DNA of 64,000 nucleotides from Perkinsus olseni (Eukaryota): NCBI GenBank assembly GCA_013115125.1, contig JABANN010000080.1, positions 1 to 64,000 of the forward strand, read 5' to 3'. Shown piece by piece: positions 60,077 to 64,000 of this stretch (position 1 is its first letter; each line of letters starts with the position of its first letter). The notes under the pieces were generated by a model. It saw only the letters and a program-made list of their open reading frames with translations, ran no database searches and was not told where the DNA came from. The position numbers and the translations under genes were made by a program.

Positions 60077-61871
60077 ATGCCTTGCACCTGGGAGCAAGTA
60101 CCTCGATTTGAGGTCTCCATCGACCCATCCGACCCTCGGGTTTCTGACCATCTCGAAAGCCTTTGCCGTAGGAGCCTTTGCTCAGTACCACCTCCGTCAT
60201 GATGGTGGTCAGGTGAATGTGTTCTGCGGTATAACGATGAAGCCACCCACTTGGCCGGGGCGGAAATCGAGGGCGTTCGAGCGAGGAAGACGCCGGTGGA
60301 AGTGACGAGAGTTACCGGAGGGATAACCAACTCCTTGTTCAAAGTGGAGTTTTGTGTTGGTGAGGTATGCTTGAAAAGTGCATGCTGCGGGGATCGAACC
60401 CGGGATCTCAGGACTCGGGGGCGTCACCGGCGAGCAACGCGCCTACGGACTCCACTGCTGAGAGTGCGTCCGGCTGCCCTGATAAAGAGGGCCCATCGGG
60501 TCGTCTGCCGGTGTGTCTTGTGCGAGTGTTCGGGGAGGCAGGCAGCTCGATTATTGATAGAAAAACGGAAAATAGAGTTTTCAACAACCTCAGCTCCATT
60601 GGCTTCGGCCCCGCCCTGCTGGGTATCTTTCGGTGAGCGCACTGCGAAGATTTTCCTTCTAAGGTCTTCGGATTCAGGAATGGTCGTGTTGAAGAGTTTC
60701 TCACGCAGCTGCGGCCACTCGGCCCGCTCGAGATGGTCACCGAGAAGTGGACACCGGCGATAGCGCGGCATTTACGGTATTTGGCGACGGTTGTTGTAAA
60801 GGGAATAGGGTCCGTAGGTACATGCACTCCCTCGAGCCAGCTGCTGCGCGGCGGCGGAGGGATGGCAACCAGCCGGACCTCTGGGACAGGATAAGGTCTT
60901 ACGTCGCGAAGGGACGGGAGTTGTTGAAGTCGTCACCGGAGGATGAGGAGGATGACTTCATGACGATGCTCAGTACAGTGGAAGAGGAGGCTAAGTGGCT
61001 GCGGAGCACTATCGAGTCGCGCAAGAGTGTTAATGAGAGCTCGCTCGAGAAGGTGAGTGGGTTAGGGTTCAAGTCTGCGATGGTAGAGGTGGTGGGTTCG
61101 AATCTTCGGTGAGGTATTTTATGTTAGATTGTCTTCTGCCACAACGATTTGCTCTCGGGTAACATATTGGTGCCCAAGGATGGTGACGGGCAGTCGTCGT
61201 TGAGGTTCATCGACTACGAGTATTGCGCTTTCAACCCTGCAGTTGCGGATATCGCCAACCACTTCGCTGCGGTAGTAGGCCAAGACCGCAGCCTCCTTCC
61301 CTCTGGCGTGGAGGCGGCCCCAATGACGTGGAAACCTTCTTGTGGGCGAGTGACTAGGTTGAATACTCATTCAGGAATCAAGCGGGCGCGGAATGATGGA
61401 GTTGGCTCGTCTTGGTTGGAGGTGCTTTGAGGGTTGTTCGTCCGTCCTCAGGTGGTAGAAAGCATGCTCATCGTTGAAAACGATTACAATGTGGCGAAGT
61501 ACTTCCCCAGCAAAGACTTGCAGGTGAGCTCGAGGTCCCGGGTTCGATTCCCGGTGAGGGCATCCTCTCACAGTTGCTTTTCCTACGTAATTACCTCACA
61601 GAGAGGGAGTACAGCAGCCTTGATGAGTCCACCATGGTAAGCCTTCTCCCGAAAAGCTCCCCTCATCAATCGTCCTCAGTTGGAGTCGGTCCGACTGTAC
61701 GCGATGGCGGCTGAGCTTCGTTGGTGCGCCTGGAGTGTCATACAGCACTTCGAGCAGGACAATAGCACCGAGGACGAGGACGATGACGATGCGTCGTTGT
61801 TTGATTACGAAAATTACGGGAAGGCAAGGCTACGAGGATATTTTGGCTTGAGGATGGGGAATGAATCCTGA
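60077..61871 (+). CDS. Choline/ethanolamine kinase (multi-exon)
   Basis: TGGITNSLFKV, LVRVFG...IDRKTENRVF, VFCHNDLLSGNILV (Brenner motif), FIDYEYCAFNPAVADIANHF. Confidence 0.92.
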
Positions 61872-62850
61872 TTATATTGGCTTTGGTGTGGTATGCAGGC
61901 AGACACATCAGGTGTCGGCGCTGCCAAATTGAAACGCTTCCTTCCCCGGGGTTGTGTTGATTGTTGGTTAATAATTCGTAATTGGCAAATGCTCGTAGTG
62001 CTCACTGGCTAGATCATGATCCATTCGCTGAGGGAAAATTGGCAGTACAGAAGCGATCGAGCTCCATTCCGTGACCATCAAGCGAGATGGGCTTTGAAGA
62101 GTCTATCGAGGAAGGCCTTATCATCTGCGCATTCAGGGACCGACTACTGCCTTCAATGCCATGCATCATCAGCATATCCATCTTCAACTCGACGCCCATA
62201 TCCATCATCCCGGTATCATATCTTCACACCATCATCCGTCGAGTAGCGTGTCCTTGCTGACGCATCAGAAAAGCCTTGGACACGACTCGGGCCTCCATCA
62301 TCCGCTGTGGAGGTGCGCAGACCATTCACTCACTGGTGTTGAAAGCCCTTCGCTCGCTGGAATCCTGTGGCGCGTAGCCGCTCTCGTAACCTCGTAGTCG
62401 CTCGCATCAAGATCTTTGCGAATCATCCCTTTCTTGCAGGCCACGGCCTCGTCATCACCACCCGCGAGTTGTATATTTCCCGCCTCTCACCGACTTCCAC
62501 CAAATAGCCCTCTCGACGCTGCCGTACCTTCAAACGTCCACCAAGATGTTCGCCTCCCCGCTGCATCTAGCTCAACCGCATGCTGATCGAGGCGGCCAGT
62601 TCGGCGAGGTCCTCGAGTACAGCTCCATTGGCAAGTGGTCGTGTCTACTGCCCGCCTTGGACCACCGGAAGGTGCGGCGAGATTTCCTGTGATGATGATT
62701 TTTATCATCTCATTGAGGATCGCATGGTTGTGCTCAGTGTAAGCTCGAAGTGTCATGTTGTTCCCGAACAGGGTGAACGGGCTGCAAGGCTTTGAGTGAT
62801 CCCTGAGGGAAGCCACATCCCGCAGCTTCTCCCTTCCATCGTGTCCTGCC

Positions 62851-64000
62851 ATGTGCCGCCAGCCAGGAGAAACAGCCATCCCTGATGAGGTGGAGGTATC
62901 CGCCGATGACGTATCTCCTCTCACTCGAGACCAAGTGGGCATGGACTGCGGCAGCCTAGCCTCGGGCTCATCATCACAACAGCAGGTCACTGCTGGCCTT
63001 GGCGGGCTCGGCATCACCCCCGTAGAGCCTGATCACCACGCCTACCTTTCATGCAGCATCGGGAATCTCTCACTCACTAACCTCGACCCGGTACGGCCGT
63101 CAGTGGAGCTGTGTGGAAGCAGCCTCTTGTCAGGTGTTGAGAGGCTACCGTCATCTGCAGGTGGTGGATGTGAGCCACAACAGACTCAGGAGGCTCGATT
63201 CCCTGTATGGCTGCTCGATCTGTGATTAGCCAGCTTCAACCTTAGATCCGCTATGCCCTTCCTACGAGTACTCAATGCTTCTCATAACCTTTTGCGCAGG
63301 GCGGACTGTCTTGCGCTCTCTCGTTCGTTAGAGCAGGTGGATATGAGCTACAACGAGATCCGTGAGAGCGACCTGTTTCATCCGTCGCAAGCTTCAACCT
63401 AAGATTCCTTCAGGGGAGCTCGGTGACTGGTCCAACTGTCGGTCTTCTCTCCGGGAACTGCGCCTACGCGGGAACGCTATCAAGCACATCCCAGCCTACG
63501 GGTTGAAGCGCACTCAGCATCTGTAAGTGAACACATCGTGACGGCCGACCACCGCTACTACTTCGGTAGGGAACTGCTAGACTTGTCCGAGAACCAAATC
63601 ACCACCATCGAGAACATAGCCCACCTTCCCGAGCTCGCTGTCCTCGAGCTCGCACATAATCAGATCTCGTCCCTGCACGGCTTGGACGGGCTCAACAGGC
63701 TGCGCGAATTGGATGTCTCGAACAACTTTGTGGAGGCGAGCCGAGGCCCTGCACTTCCGCCTCGGACGTCTCTGTTGCAGAGTCTCCAAGGGTTGAGCTC
63801 ATGGACTTGCACCAACCTGGCCAAGCTGGTCGTATCCAATAACCAGCTCGCTGACCTGGATATTAACATCGAGGTTGGCCGCAGCAACGGCGTGGCTGCT
63901 GCTTCCCCGTGATTAACATTCCGACAGATACTCCAGCGAGGGTTCACTAACCTGGCGGAACTGTGCGTCTCAGGCAACCCGATAGAGCAATTGCCGTGCG
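62851..64000 (+). CDS. Leucine-rich-repeat protein (SDS22-like LRRs); starts further upstream and runs off the window
   Basis: LDLSENQITTIENIAHLPELAVLELAHNQISSLHGLDGLNRLRELDVSNN. Confidence 0.8.

Noticed and set aside
60167-60212. Apparent in-frame TGA read-through in the kinase, or an NSUN2-kinase fusion
   Set aside because: A 45-nt GTAGG...CAG intron removes the stop, giving LESLCRECVLRY; NSUN2 has its own stop at 59955

Overview
This is gene-dense eukaryotic DNA with many short GT-AG introns (about 35-250 nt). An apicomplexan-type ATP synthase subunit f and expanded secreted families suggest a myzozoan alveolate, most likely Perkinsus (inference). Housekeeping blocks (~11.5-22.3 kb and ~39-64 kb) hold tRNA-Gly, an ADAT1/ADAR-type deaminase, eIF3a, an RGP1/arrestin-fold protein, ATP synthase f, a class I HDAC, a Mei2-like RRM protein, two Cid1/TUTase-type nucleotidyltransferases, a UIM+OTU-like protein, a Deg protease, NSUN2/Trm4, a choline/ethanolamine kinase and an LRR protein. 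Accessory blocks (~0-9 kb and ~22.5-38.5 kb) hold duplicated secreted-protein genes, GH18-like paralogues, a degenerate DIRS/Ngaro-like tyrosine-recombinase element, MITE-like elements and LINE-like fragments. The most unusual signal is in the introns of the housekeeping genes, which repeatedly carry three short elements. (1) A 28-bp inverted repeat with a fixed 14-nt spacer, GWATCTT-N14-AAGATAC, with 13 copies in both orientations. (2) tRNA-like T-arm/B-box fragments, some of which supply the splice donor. (3) A GCGCCACGAAATTA motif. Paralogue comparisons also show repeated short palindromic templated insertions. All calls are by eye without database searches, and exon boundaries are approximate.
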